Origin: Longimicrobiales bacterium
GTDB taxonomy: Bacteria; Gemmatimonadota; Gemmatimonadetes; Longimicrobiales; Gaopeijiaceae
Direction of reading: 5' to 3'
NCBI GenBank assembly: GCA_041690395.1
Contig: JAWLHJ010000001.1
Coordinates: 320,001 to 384,000, forward strand
DNA length: 64,000 nucleotides
Shown here: in pieces, positions 54,047 through 63,130 of the stretch
Position numbering within the stretch: position 1 is the first letter of the stretch
Layout of the letters: each line of letters opens with the position of its first letter
Notes under the pieces: model-generated
Seen by the model: only the letters and a program-made list of their open reading frames with translations
Database searches by the model: none
What the model was told of the DNA's origin: nothing
Position numbers and translations under genes: made by a program

Positions 54047-57000
54047 TCAGCGGGGGGCGCGGCCGAGCGGCAGCGACAGCTCGGTCCCGATCCGGAAGAG
54101 ATCGTAGACGCGGCCCTGCTTCAGATAGCGCCCCTCCAACCGCAGGTCGCCGAGCGCGGTGCCGAGCGTGAGTCCGAGGCGCCCTTCGATCCCGAGCCCG
54201 CTGTCTCCGGGGAGCCGGTAGCCGTGCGGGTTCGCCCGACCGTCGAGCGTCACCGACCCGAAGGTCCGGCTCGCCTCGGCGGCTAGGCCGAGCGCGACGA
54301 AGCTCGAGGGGCTCGCATAGCTCGGGCGCGCGGTCCGGTACCCTTCCGCGTAGACGTTGGGTGTGAGGGCGAAGGACGCATCCGCTCTCTCGTGGAGCGG
54401 CAGGCGCCATTGCGCGTATCCGAACGCCCGATCGTTCCCGTCGGAGTAGCGCGCCAGACCGATCTCGGCATGGACGCTCCGGTCGACGGGGCTCCGGGGC
54501 GTGCTCGACGCGGCCGCGCGGACCTCACTCACCATGAGGTCCGGATCGAGCGCGCCGAGGTTCGAGACGCGGGCGTACTCCGGCGCGCCGCGGCGCTCGG
54601 CCTCGGACCAGACCGGTACGCGGGACACGTCGAGCGACCACCGGACCGCGCCGAGCGTCTCCCAGGTGGCGCCGAGCCCACCCAGCACGCGGGTGCCTCC
54701 GCCCTCGGCCGCTTCGAGCCCGAGGCGCCCGTCGAGCCACAGCGCCGGGGAAACGAACAACGAGTCCGCGCCCAACACGAAGGCCGTGCCGTCCCCGGTG
54801 GCGCCGAGCTGCGAGGCGCTCCGGTGGCGCACCTCGGCCGAGATGGCCGGCGCGCCGAACGACGCGGGCCGGAGCGCGGCCCCGGCCCAGACGGTGGTCA
54901 CGTCCAGATCGCGCGCGTCGCTCCCGCCCGTGATGCCGACCTCTGCCCGCGGCCGGGCACCGTGCTCGAGGGCACGGTCGACGTGCTGCACGTCGGTGTC
55001 GGCCGCCCCGGCCCTGTGGGCGTCCGCGACGGCTTCCCGCGCCCGGGCGGCATCACCGCGGGCTTCGAGGACCTCGGCGCGGAAGATGCGAGCCTCGATC
55101 GCCAGTCGGGGGTCTTCGCCGGAAAGGGCCTGCTCGCCGGCCGCCGTCTGTTCGTTGAGCCTACGGGGCGAGGCGAGCCGCCCGTCCAGCGCCCGAAGCG
55201 CGGCCAGGGTCCGGCCCCGTAGCCGGTGGATCCAGGCCTCCACGAGCGCGCCCTCGAGGGACGAGGCGTCGGCGTGGGCCTCCCTCTCCAGCGCCTCGAT
55301 CGCGGCCTCCGCCTCCGCGTGGCGGTCCAGGAGCGCCAGAAGGTGCGCGTACCGAGCCCGTGCGAGGGGCTCGTCGGGGTCGGCGGCGGCCCGACGCGCC
55401 CAGGGCTCAGCCTGCGCGTGCTTTCCGGCGGCCATCCAGGCGCTCGCGACCTCTGCGGCGAGCCCGGGATCGGCCTCGGTCGCAGAACCCACCGCGCGCT
55501 CGTACTGCACCGCGGCTTCCCCGAACGCACCGGTCCCGGCGAGCGCCCGCGCCAGCGCGAGGCGGGCCTCGTCATCTCCGGGCGCGGCGGTCAGGTACGC
55601 CTGGTACGCCTCGACCGCGTCTGCCGCCCGGTCCTGCTGCAGGAGCGCGAGGGCGACCCCCGGTCCGGCGGGGTCCGCGGGGCCGCCAAGTCGGACGGCC
55701 TCCCGGTACGCCGACTCCGCGCCCTGGGCGTCGCCCAGGGCCATGCGCAGGTCCCCGATCGAACGGTGAACGGCCGGATCCTCCGGCGTCAGATCACGCA
55801 CGCCTTCGTAGCCCGCCAGCGCGCCCTCCAACCCCCCGGAACGCCAGAGCAGGCCGGCCCACCAGCGCCGTTCCTCCACGTCGAGCGGCCGGAGGCGGGA
55901 CAGGGCGCCGAGCGCCTCGGCCGCCTCGGACGGGCGGCCCGTGGCGTCCGCGACGCGCGCGGTGAGCAGCAGCTCCGAGGCCTCGGACGGTGTGGGATCG
56001 CCGCCCGTCCGGGCCGCGGCCAGCGTTCGGTAAGCACCTTCGGCGTCTCCGGCCTCGAAGCGCGCCCGGGCCAGGAGCCCGGCCGGTCCGCCGGTCGGTC
56101 CGGCCGCCGGCCCGTCGGCACGCCCGCCAGCCACCCCACCTACGCGCCCTCCAGCTGCCCCCTCGGCCGGATCGAGCAGCCGAACCGCATCGTCGGGCCG
56201 TCCCGCCCACAGGCTCAGCCGCGCCGCGTGGACCGCCCGCGGTCCACCCTCGGTGGCTACCTCGTCGATCGCGTCTCCGCCGAGCAGCGCGCCCAGCGCT
56301 TCCTCGAACCGCTCTCCGGCCTCGAGGAGCGCGACGACCTCGGCACGTGCCCCCTCATCCGACGGGTCGGCGGCCAGCCGCGCCCGCCAGAACGCCAGCG
56401 CTCCCGCGGGATCCGCGGGCGGAGTGTCCCGGAGGCGCGCGGCCTCGGCCTCCGCTTCCGCCCGGGCGGCGGCCTCGCGGGCGGCGCGGATCCGGCGTGT
56501 TTCCGCGTCCGCGACGAGCACCGACAGCTCCTCGACCGCGCCGCTCCCGGCCGGCAGGGCCTGGAGCTGGGCGCGGGCAGCCTCGAGCTCGTCCGCCCAG
56601 AGCGCCGTCCGGACCGCGAGCTCGCGGGTGTCCGCCGACACCGGCGCCCGTTCGAGCACCTCCAGCGCCTCGTCGTGCGCCCCGCGCTCGTTCAGCATCC
56701 AGGCGTAGGCGAGCGCGCCTTCCGCGTCGAGGGCACGGTCACGGTGGAGCGCGTCGTACGAGTCGAGTGCCTCCTGCTCGCGCCCCGCGGCCTGGGCGAG
56801 CCGGGCGCGTGTCCGACGGGTGTCCAGGTCCGGATCCGCATCGGGGCCGGAGCCGTGCGTCGCCTCGAGGAGGTCGAGCGCGAGAGCTGGCCGGCCGGCC
56901 TCCTCGGCGAGGGCGATCGCGCGTGCCCGTTGCGCGGGGTCGGCGTCGGCCATGCGCATGCTCGAGAGCGCGCGGGCCGCCGCGTCCGCGTCATCCAACG

Positions 57001-57412
57001 CCAGGCGCACTTCGGCGAGCCCGAGCGCCGCCTCCGGCCGCCCGGCATCGACTTCCAAGGCCTGCTCGAAACGCCCGGCGGCCTCGGGCCACTGCTCGAG
57101 CTCCCGGTGCACGTGGCCCGCGAATGTCAGGATGGACGGGTCGGCGGGTGCGCCGTCCAGGGCGCGGCCCACGTTGACGAGCGCCGCCTGCCACTCCTGA
57201 ACCTCGGCGTGGGCCATGGCCCGCTCCATCCAGTAACCCACGTCGCGCCAGAACGGACCATAGGCCGCCACCAGCGCGGCGAACGCGCCTACGGCCCAGA
57301 CCGCCACCACAACCGCGCGGAGCGGATGTCCCCGTCGCCGGCTCCGGCGCTCGTGCTCAGGTCGTGGCTTCACGGGTCTCCAGCTTGTCGAGACCGGCCA
57401 CGGCGATCGCAT
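54047..57412 (-). CDS. TPR-repeat protein with probable C-terminal beta-barrel (BcsC/PgaA-like export scaffold)
   Basis: N-terminal hydrophobic helix, many Ala/Leu-rich TPR-like repeats, C-terminal strand pattern with YSDGNDR and YASPS; start uncertain. Confidence 0.72.
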   Translation of the reverse strand: MRSPWPVSTSWRPVKPRPEHERRSRRRGHPLRAVVVAVWAVGAFAALVAAYGPFWRDVGYWMERAMAHAEVQEWQAALVNVGRALDGAPADPSILTFAGHVHRELEQWPEAAGRFEQALEVDAGRPEAALGLAEVRLALDDADAAARALSSMRMADADPAQRARAIALAEEAGRPALALDLLEATHGSGPDADPDLDTRRTRARLAQAAGREQEALDSYDALHRDRALDAEGALAYAWMLNERGAHDEALEVLERAPVSADTRELAVRTALWADELEAARAQLQALPAGSGAVEELSVLVADAETRRIRAAREAAARAEAEAEAARLRDTPPADPAGALAFWRARLAADPSDEGARAEVVALLEAGERFEEALGALLGGDAIDEVATEGGPRAVHAARLSLWAGRPDDAVRLLDPAEGAAGGRVGGVAGGRADGPAAGPTGGPAGLLARARFEAGDAEGAYRTLAAARTGGDPTPSEASELLLTARVADATGRPSEAAEALGALSRLRPLDVEERRWWAGLLWRSGGLEGALAGYEGVRDLTPEDPAVHRSIGDLRMALGDAQGAESAYREAVRLGGPADPAGPGVALALLQQDRAADAVEAYQAYLTAAPGDDEARLALARALAGTGAFGEAAVQYERAVGSATEADPGLAAEVASAWMAAGKHAQAEPWARRAAADPDEPLARARYAHLLALLDRHAEAEAAIEALEREAHADASSLEGALVEAWIHRLRGRTLAALRALDGRLASPRRLNEQTAAGEQALSGEDPRLAIEARIFRAEVLEARGDAARAREAVADAHRAGAADTDVQHVDRALEHGARPRAEVGITGGSDARDLDVTTVWAGAALRPASFGAPAISAEVRHRSASQLGATGDGTAFVLGADSLFVSPALWLDGRLGLEAAEGGGTRVLGGLGATWETLGAVRWSLDVSRVPVWSEAERRGAPEYARVSNLGALDPDLMVSEVRAAASSTPRSPVDRSVHAEIGLARYSDGNDRAFGYAQWRLPLHERADASFALTPNVYAEGYRTARPSYASPSSFVALGLAAEASRTFGSVTLDGRANPHGYRLPGDSGLGIEGRLGLTLGTALGDLRLEGRYLKQGRVYDLFRIGTELSLPLGRAPR

Positions 57413-58850
57413 GGCTCCGGTGCGTGAGCCCCGCCACGATGACGGGCCACAGCGTCCACAGCACGAAGCTCGACACCGCGACGTTCAGCGCGATGGTCCA
57501 CGGCCCGGCGGTCCCGTACCACGCCGCCCAGAACGGAAGCACGGCGTTGGCGATGAACAGCGCGATCTGTGGGCCCAGCACCCACCACGTGCGCGCGGCG
57601 CCGGGCTCGGCCGTCTCCCGGTCACCCGCATTGTTGAGCTTGTACGCCAACGGGCGTCCCTTGGGATGCAGGAGCGCACGGACGGCCCCGGCGATGTAGA
57701 CGGGGAAGAGCCCCACCAGGAACTGGAACTGCTTGCCCACGCTCCGGCCCCGGAACATGTAGCGCACGGCGAGGACGAAGAGCACGAAGTAGGCGATGCG
57801 CGCCGTCACCACGAGCCCCTCGTTGCTGGTCATGAGGTCCTGGCCCGTGATGTACGCGTACAGCGGCAACACGAAGAAGATCGGCACCAGGAATCCGGAC
57901 CAGAGGTAGGTCACGGAGATCATCAGGTGCCGGAACCGCGCCCGCCACGAAAGGCCCTTCTTGAGCAGGGGGTTATCCCAGAAAAAGAGGCGGAGGGTGT
58001 CGGTGGCCCACTGCCCCCGCTGCCGGTACACCTCGTGGATGTTGGCCGGCGCCAGCCCCTTCGTGATGGGATAGGGGTAGTAGAGGGTCTTCCATCCCTT
58101 GGCATGGAGCTCGTACGACGTCGTGAGATCCTCGACCAGGTTCCAGGTGGCGAACCCGCCCACGTCGTCGAGCGCCCGTCGACGGTAGAGCACCCCGGAG
58201 CCGCACGAGATGACCGTGTCCGAGTCGTCGAAGGCGAGCTGGATGCCGTCGTAGAACACCGGATCCTGGGCGTTGAACGGATCGTCCTCCTGCACGACGA
58301 ACCGCTGCTTCGACTGCACGAACGCCACCTCCGGGAAGCGCATGTAGCCCAGGAGCGGCTCGAGACCCGCAGGGTCGATCTCGTGATCGGCGTCGAGCGT
58401 GAACACCAGCTCGCCCGAGCTCCGGGCGAGGCCGTAGTTCAGGTTGCCGGCCTTCCGGTGCGTGCGCTCGAGTCCCTCGGCCGTGCGGGACCTGTACTCG
58501 AACCCCAGCTGCGCGGCGCGTGCGCGGACCCGCTCGTCGTTTCCGTCGTCGAGGACGTAGACCGTCAGGCGTCCCGGATAGCGCAGGCGGGCCACGCTGG
58601 ATAGCGAGCGGTCCACCACCGGCAGCGGCTCGCCGCACACCGTGATGAACAGGTCCACCGACGGATGCGCCTGTGACCGGAGCCCCTCGGGCGGCTTGAA
58701 GCGCAGGCGCCACACGCTCGACGTGGCCACGACCAGAAGGAGGAGACACGCCAACTCCGCCGCGAAGAACGCCCACGCCGCCACGGGCGTTTCGGGGTTC
58801 AGGTTGAACGGCAGGAGGCCGACGTAGAGGGTGCCGAAGGCGATGGCCAA
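57357..58850 (-). CDS. GT2 cellulose-synthase-like processive glycosyltransferase, no PilZ domain
   Basis: VLDDG, KAGNLN, DADH, FVQSKQ, CGSG, VED, QRGQW, flanking TM helices. Frame stays open up to 58985, so the start is uncertain. Confidence 0.88.
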   Translation of the reverse strand: MAIAFGTLYVGLLPFNLNPETPVAAWAFFAAELACLLLLVVATSSVWRLRFKPPEGLRSQAHPSVDLFITVCGEPLPVVDRSLSSVARLRYPGRLTVYVLDDGNDERVRARAAQLGFEYRSRTAEGLERTHRKAGNLNYGLARSSGELVFTLDADHEIDPAGLEPLLGYMRFPEVAFVQSKQRFVVQEDDPFNAQDPVFYDGIQLAFDDSDTVISCGSGVLYRRRALDDVGGFATWNLVEDLTTSYELHAKGWKTLYYPYPITKGLAPANIHEVYRQRGQWATDTLRLFFWDNPLLKKGLSWRARFRHLMISVTYLWSGFLVPIFFVLPLYAYITGQDLMTSNEGLVVTARIAYFVLFVLAVRYMFRGRSVGKQFQFLVGLFPVYIAGAVRALLHPKGRPLAYKLNNAGDRETAEPGAARTWWVLGPQIALFIANAVLPFWAAWYGTAGPWTIALNVAVSSFVLWTLWPVIVAGLTHRSHAIAVAGLDKLETREATT

Positions 58851-59216
58851 CAGGCCGAAGACGCGAGCACGGGTGCGGCGCGGACGATCCTCGAACTCAC
58901 CGTATCGACGATACGTGGCGGGACCTTCCGCTCCGTTCCGACGCTGCCGCCGAAGGGGGGGTACGGTAGCGATGGTGGGGGGCTGTCAGAGGTGGGGGGT
59001 GCGGACGACACCCGAAAGCTAGAGGCTCACCTCTGCGGTGCAAAGTCGGTACCGGGGCCCGTGGCGAGGTCTGGCCACGGACTGGCGCCGACTGCCGCCC
59101 GGGGAGCCCCGGGACCCGTTGCGCGGAGACCACGGACCGATGCGCGACGCAGGCAGAAGAGGCGGTGGAAGGCCGGGCCGGGAGCGTTGCACATGCCGGG
59201 GGGCGAGGGAGCTGCC

Positions 59217-59235
59217 GGGGGGGGGGGGGGGGGGG
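59217..59235. repeat. G19 homopolymer tract
   Basis: 19 consecutive G counted upstream of the GT2 gene. Confidence 0.85.
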
Positions 59236-59301
59236 CCGCGCGTCAGGGATGCGCGCTGGGGGGGAGCGCTGGGGGGCGCTGGGCGGGGGGCGCTGTCCGC
59301 C

Positions 59302-59477
59302 GGGGAGAACTGCACAATCGTGCAGGCCCTCTCGGCCTCTGTGTCGATTTGCCCCGCTGGCCGATGCAAACCGCACAGTCTCGGCCGCGCCCAACGATGA
59401 CTGTGGAGTTTTCCCCGCATAGCGGGGAAAAACCTCTATGTGGCGCCGCAGGGTTACACGATTGTGCAGTTTGCCCT
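59302..59477 (-). repeat. 176-bp REPIN/MITE-like element family B, copy 2 (inverted)
   Basis: Reverse complement aligns with 52464-52639 across its length, including GGGGCAAATCGACACAGAGGC, GTGCGGTTTGCATCGGC and the CCCCGC hairpin. Confidence 0.85.
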
Positions 59478-59550
59478 GGGGTCCGGTGGTCTGATGTCCG
59501 GTGGCCCGGTGCCACGGCCGGGCCCCGGCGGGCCCGGGGCCAGACTCTGC

Positions 59551-60402
59551 TCAGTCCAGCCTGAGCACCCGCTGGACGAACTCCACGAACCGCTTGACCA
59601 CCCAGTCCGCCCTCACGGTAGCGAGCCGGGTGCGGGACAGCAGGGTGAACGGCGCGTCGGGCGCGCCGAGCGTGTAGCCCGCGACGACCTGAACCTCGCC
59701 GTCGAGGTCGGTGGACAGCCGGAGGTCGAACCGGGCGGGCTCGCGGGCCGTCGCCCCGAACGCCGCGAGCGGCCCCTGGTCCGGGCGGAACAGGACCGTC
59801 ACGACGGGCTCCTCCCGGTCGAGGTCGTCGGCCAGGGAGGCGAGATGGCCTCGGGCCGAGAGGCGCTCGACCGCGGCGGTGAGCTCGGGCAGGGCGACGG
59901 CCCGGAAGGCGGCGAGATCGGCCGCGGACACGAGCGGTGGTGAGGCCGGTCCGCTGTTCTCGGGCCCATCGGCCGGTGCCCCGCCGACCACCGACCCCGA
60001 CTCACCCTCGGAGCCGCGCGGGCCGAACAGCACGGCGTCCAGGGCGTCCTCGAAATCCTCACCCGTGGGGAGCCGCCGGACGGGGGCTTCCCCCCGCGAG
60101 GGGGCATCCGGGCGCGGATGAGCGCTCGGGTGTTGGGAGCTTGTGCGCTCCGCGTCCGCCAGTCGTGGCGTGGGCGGCATCGGTCGCCCCGCGGGCGCGG
60201 ACCACCGTCGGGCCGCGCCCGGCTCCCGCGACGGCTCGGGCGAACCGGCCGCTGATTCGTCGGCCGTCGAGCTCTCGCCCGCCCCCACCCGCTCCACGCC
60301 CGCGGAGCCCTCGCCCACCGGCCCCCCGGCCGGCTCCGGGGCCGGCTCCCCGGCCGCCTCCAGCGGCTCGAACGGGTCGAAGACGTCGAACGCGTCGGAC
60401 AT
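59551..60402 (-). CDS. hypothetical protein (disordered N-terminus, unknown C-terminal domain)
   Basis: ATG 60402 just after the upstream stop; C-terminal part resembles the upstream protein. Confidence 0.72.
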   Translation of the reverse strand: MSDAFDVFDPFEPLEAAGEPAPEPAGGPVGEGSAGVERVGAGESSTADESAAGSPEPSREPGAARRWSAPAGRPMPPTPRLADAERTSSQHPSAHPRPDAPSRGEAPVRRLPTGEDFEDALDAVLFGPRGSEGESGSVVGGAPADGPENSGPASPPLVSAADLAAFRAVALPELTAAVERLSARGHLASLADDLDREEPVVTVLFRPDQGPLAAFGATAREPARFDLRLSTDLDGEVQVVAGYTLGAPDAPFTLLSRTRLATVRADWVVKRFVEFVQRVLRLD

Positions 60403-60407
60403 GGTCG

Positions 60408-60881
60408 TCAGGTCAGGTCCAGCACGTCGCGGACGAACGTGAGGAGCTGCTCCCGCACCCAGATATCGTCCATCTCCTCGGCCTCGATGACCGCCTGCTT
60501 GCGCGTCGTCGACGGCCCCTCCGCGCTCCACCGCTTGGCGATCACCTCGTCGGACTCGGGGTCGCCCCAGGTGAGCTCGAGCGTGGTGCGCCCGGGCTTC
60601 TCGTCGTCGAGGGGGCTCGCCTTCGGATAGAGATGGATGCGCACGTTCGGCGGATAGCTGTCGAGCAGCTCCTGATAGACCACGCCGTGCCCGGCATGCT
60701 GCAGCCGTTCCGCGACGTCGCGCGTATGCTGGAGCGCCCAGCGCCGCAGATACTCCGCGCCGCGCTTGCGGTCCTCCTCGAGGACGAGCGCCTTCTGCAC
60801 CAGACGGCGCGTCTCGTCCTGTTTCCGCTGCTCGTACTCGCCGAGCAGCGTTTCGAGATGATCTCCGGGGGCGTCGAGCAT
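60408..60881 (-). CDS. hypothetical protein, apparent paralog of downstream gene
   Basis: Protein-like composition; shares ERL..GH, LD..P.V, PL and WV....FV..VL.L pattern with 59551..60402. Confidence 0.75.
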   Translation of the reverse strand: MLDAPGDHLETLLGEYEQRKQDETRRLVQKALVLEEDRKRGAEYLRRWALQHTRDVAERLQHAGHGVVYQELLDSYPPNVRIHLYPKASPLDDEKPGRTTLELTWGDPESDEVIAKRWSAEGPSTTRKQAVIEAEEMDDIWVREQLLTFVRDVLDLT

Positions 60882-60919
60882 GAAGGCGGGGGGGTGTGGG
60901 TATCGGGTGGAGAAACGAC

Positions 60920-60940
60920 GGGGTCGGCAGTGCCGACCCC
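60920..60940 (-). terminator. putative terminator hairpin
   Basis: GGGGTCGGCA-N-TGCCGACCCC inverted repeat about 45 nt after the stop at 60984; only a weak U-tract (GUCGUUUC). Confidence 0.45.
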
Positions 60941-60983
60941 CCATCCTTCAAAGATGTGGCCGTCAGCGCGGGAATGCCAACGT

Positions 60984-62138
60984 TTAGAACGGAGGCGCCA
61001 CGACCTGGACGAACCACCCCGCGAAGTTGTTCTCCACGTCGGGGTCCTGGAACGTCTGCGGGAGGAGGAGCTCGCCCTGGACCGAGACGCCGCGGCCCGT
61101 GAGCTGTGCCGCGGGATCGATCCAGAGATCCAGGGTCAGCGTGTGGGCCTCGCCGGCGGTGAGCGCGCCGATCGCCCAGGTGAATGCGTCGGCCTGAGGG
61201 TCGACCGTGCCGGCCGACGTCTCCCACACGGTGGGCACGAACCCGGGCGGGAGCGTCAACGACACGCTCGCGCCGTCCACGCTCGCCCCGCTGTCGTTCA
61301 GCGCGACCAACGACAGCGTGAGGGTATCGCCCTCCGCGACGGTGAGGGTCGAGCCGTACATATACAGGGCCGGATCCGCCGGAGCGGGCAGCACGCCGAT
61401 GGACAGCGTGTCGGCGTGAGCCCCCGCCGCGGCCGCGACCCGGACGGTTCCTTCCGCGACCCCCGTCAGAACCGCTCCGGCTCCCGCGTCGGTGCTGGCG
61501 CCCGGGTCGGCGCTCGCGCCCGCTCCTGCGACCGTGCCCACCGCCGGATCGAGCGACACCCAGAACACCGACGGCGCCTCCTGGGCGCTCGTGGTCGCCG
61601 TCGCGTAGAGCGGCACCGGCACCCCCACCACGGCGACTTCGGGCGGCGCCACGATCGTGACGCCGGTCGCGAATAGGTTGGAGAGCGGCCCGCGCACGAG
61701 GGTCACGTCCGCGGGCTCGACCGACGTGCCCTGCTCCAGGAGCACCGGCTCGGTCGTCCCCGAGAACTCGACCAGCTCCGTCGCGCCCGAGACGTGGATC
61801 AGGCTCAGCTGCACGACCACGCGCGCGCTCGCTCGCGGCTCGAGCGGCACCCGGACATCGATCTCCCAGGAGCGGGCGGCCGGATCGACGTCGAAGCGCT
61901 CCTCCGCCAGGATCTCGCCCGCCGTGGCCACGCCATCGACGTCGACCGAGTGGGCGCGCACCACCGCCCGGATCCGGTTGATGGGGAGCGCCGTGCCGTC
62001 GGCCGGCCCCTCGATGAGGGCGAGCTGTACGGGGAGGTCCGCGGCGGCTCCGCTCGCGTCGGGGCCGGTGGCCGGCTCGCCCACGCACGCGAAGAGGGCG
62101 AGGAGGAGCGCGGCCGGGAGGAGCCGGGGGGTGGTCAC
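60984..62138 (-). CDS. lipoprotein with Ig-like/DUF11-like domains
   Basis: Lipobox LFAC; GVAEGTVRVAA Ig-like segment; C-terminal GDTLTLSLVALND..LPPGF..FTWAIGAL..DPDVENN; GTGA overlap with formyltransferase. Confidence 0.72.
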   Translation of the reverse strand: MTTPRLLPAALLLALFACVGEPATGPDASGAAADLPVQLALIEGPADGTALPINRIRAVVRAHSVDVDGVATAGEILAEERFDVDPAARSWEIDVRVPLEPRASARVVVQLSLIHVSGATELVEFSGTTEPVLLEQGTSVEPADVTLVRGPLSNLFATGVTIVAPPEVAVVGVPVPLYATATTSAQEAPSVFWVSLDPAVGTVAGAGASADPGASTDAGAGAVLTGVAEGTVRVAAAAGAHADTLSIGVLPAPADPALYMYGSTLTVAEGDTLTLSLVALNDSGASVDGASVSLTLPPGFVPTVWETSAGTVDPQADAFTWAIGALTAGEAHTLTLDLWIDPAAQLTGRGVSVQGELLLPQTFQDPDVENNFAGWFVQVVAPPF

Positions 62139-63130
62139 TGTCGCAGCACCTCTCCATCACCGATGAACGAGACCGCCTGCCTGGGCGCTCCATCGAAGAG
62201 CACCGTCTCCAACCTGACCCATCCGTCGGCGCACGCAACCATGGCGTGTCCATCTGCGTGCCGGACCGTGCCGGGCGGGGGAAGGGCGGCATGCGCCTCG
62301 CGCGCGGGCGCCGGCTCGACCGTCGGGGTCTCGACCAGCTCGATCACTCCCCGCTCGGCACGCACCCGCGGGTGCCCCCAGGGAGACTGGAACGGGCGGT
62401 AGTTCGCGGCCCGGACGTGCGCTTCCACGCGGGCGCCGGGTTGGGCGAAGTCGACGGTTCCGCCGTTTGGCGCCCGGCGGTCGAAATAGCGGCGACGCGA
62501 GAGGTCCTGCGGGTCGGCCGGGATCGGGTCCCCGGCCGCGGCCGCCTCGAGGAGCCGCGCCACGAGCGGGACGCCCCGCCGCACGCACTCGAGGGAGAGC
62601 GAGAGCCCCGTCGCGTCATGACGAACCGGAAAACGATCCTCGTACGCGATGGTCCCCTCGTCGATGCTCGCGGTCATCCGGTGCAGGGTCACCCCGTGCT
62701 CTTCGTGTCCGAGCAGAATCGCCCAGCTCGGCACGTTGAGCCCCGCCATCTCCGGGAGGGGGCCGGGGTGGAGGTTGTACGCGCCGAGCCGCGGCAGCTC
62801 CAGCAGGCTCGGGTGCACGATGAACAACGAGTGCACGTTCAGCACGAGATCGACGTCGCGCCCCGCCAGCTCCGCCGCCGCGTCCGGGGTCTTCACGGCC
62901 TTCGCGGGCTCGAGGGGGGCGCCCAAGCGCTCGGCCATCGCCCACACCGAGCCCATCTCGCCGGCGCGGTCCGGGGAGGCGAACACGGCCTCGATCGCCA
63001 CGGCATCCGCTTTGTCGAGGAGCTTCAACACCCGGGCTCCCGCCGCCTCCTCGGCGATCAGCACCACGCGCAGGGGGTTGGGTTCGCCGCCTCCGCCGGA
63101 CCCGCGCCTGCCGGGTCTGCCCGCCGTCAA
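62135..63130 (-). CDS. N10-formyl-THF-dependent formyltransferase (Fmt/ArnA-N-like)
   Basis: AYNLHPGPLP, GVTLHRMTASIDEGTI, C-terminal Fmt-like domain; TTG start overlaps LLM stop. Confidence 0.85.
   Translation of the reverse strand: MTAGRPGRRGSGGGGEPNPLRVVLIAEEAAGARVLKLLDKADAVAIEAVFASPDRAGEMGSVWAMAERLGAPLEPAKAVKTPDAAAELAGRDVDLVLNVHSLFIVHPSLLELPRLGAYNLHPGPLPEMAGLNVPSWAILLGHEEHGVTLHRMTASIDEGTIAYEDRFPVRHDATGLSLSLECVRRGVPLVARLLEAAAAGDPIPADPQDLSRRRYFDRRAPNGGTVDFAQPGARVEAHVRAANYRPFQSPWGHPRVRAERGVIELVETPTVEPAPAREAHAALPPPGTVRHADGHAMVACADGWVRLETVLFDGAPRQAVSFIGDGEVLRQ

Noticed and set aside
52455..59489. GTCCGGCGG / GTCCGGTGG as target-site duplication of the family B composite
   Set aside because: One mismatch, 3 nt offset from the element end, and the motif recurs nearby in GC-rich DNA.
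60882..60983. tRNA-Sec candidate (contains TTCAAA)
   Set aside because: No cloverleaf or T-loop; only one simple hairpin.
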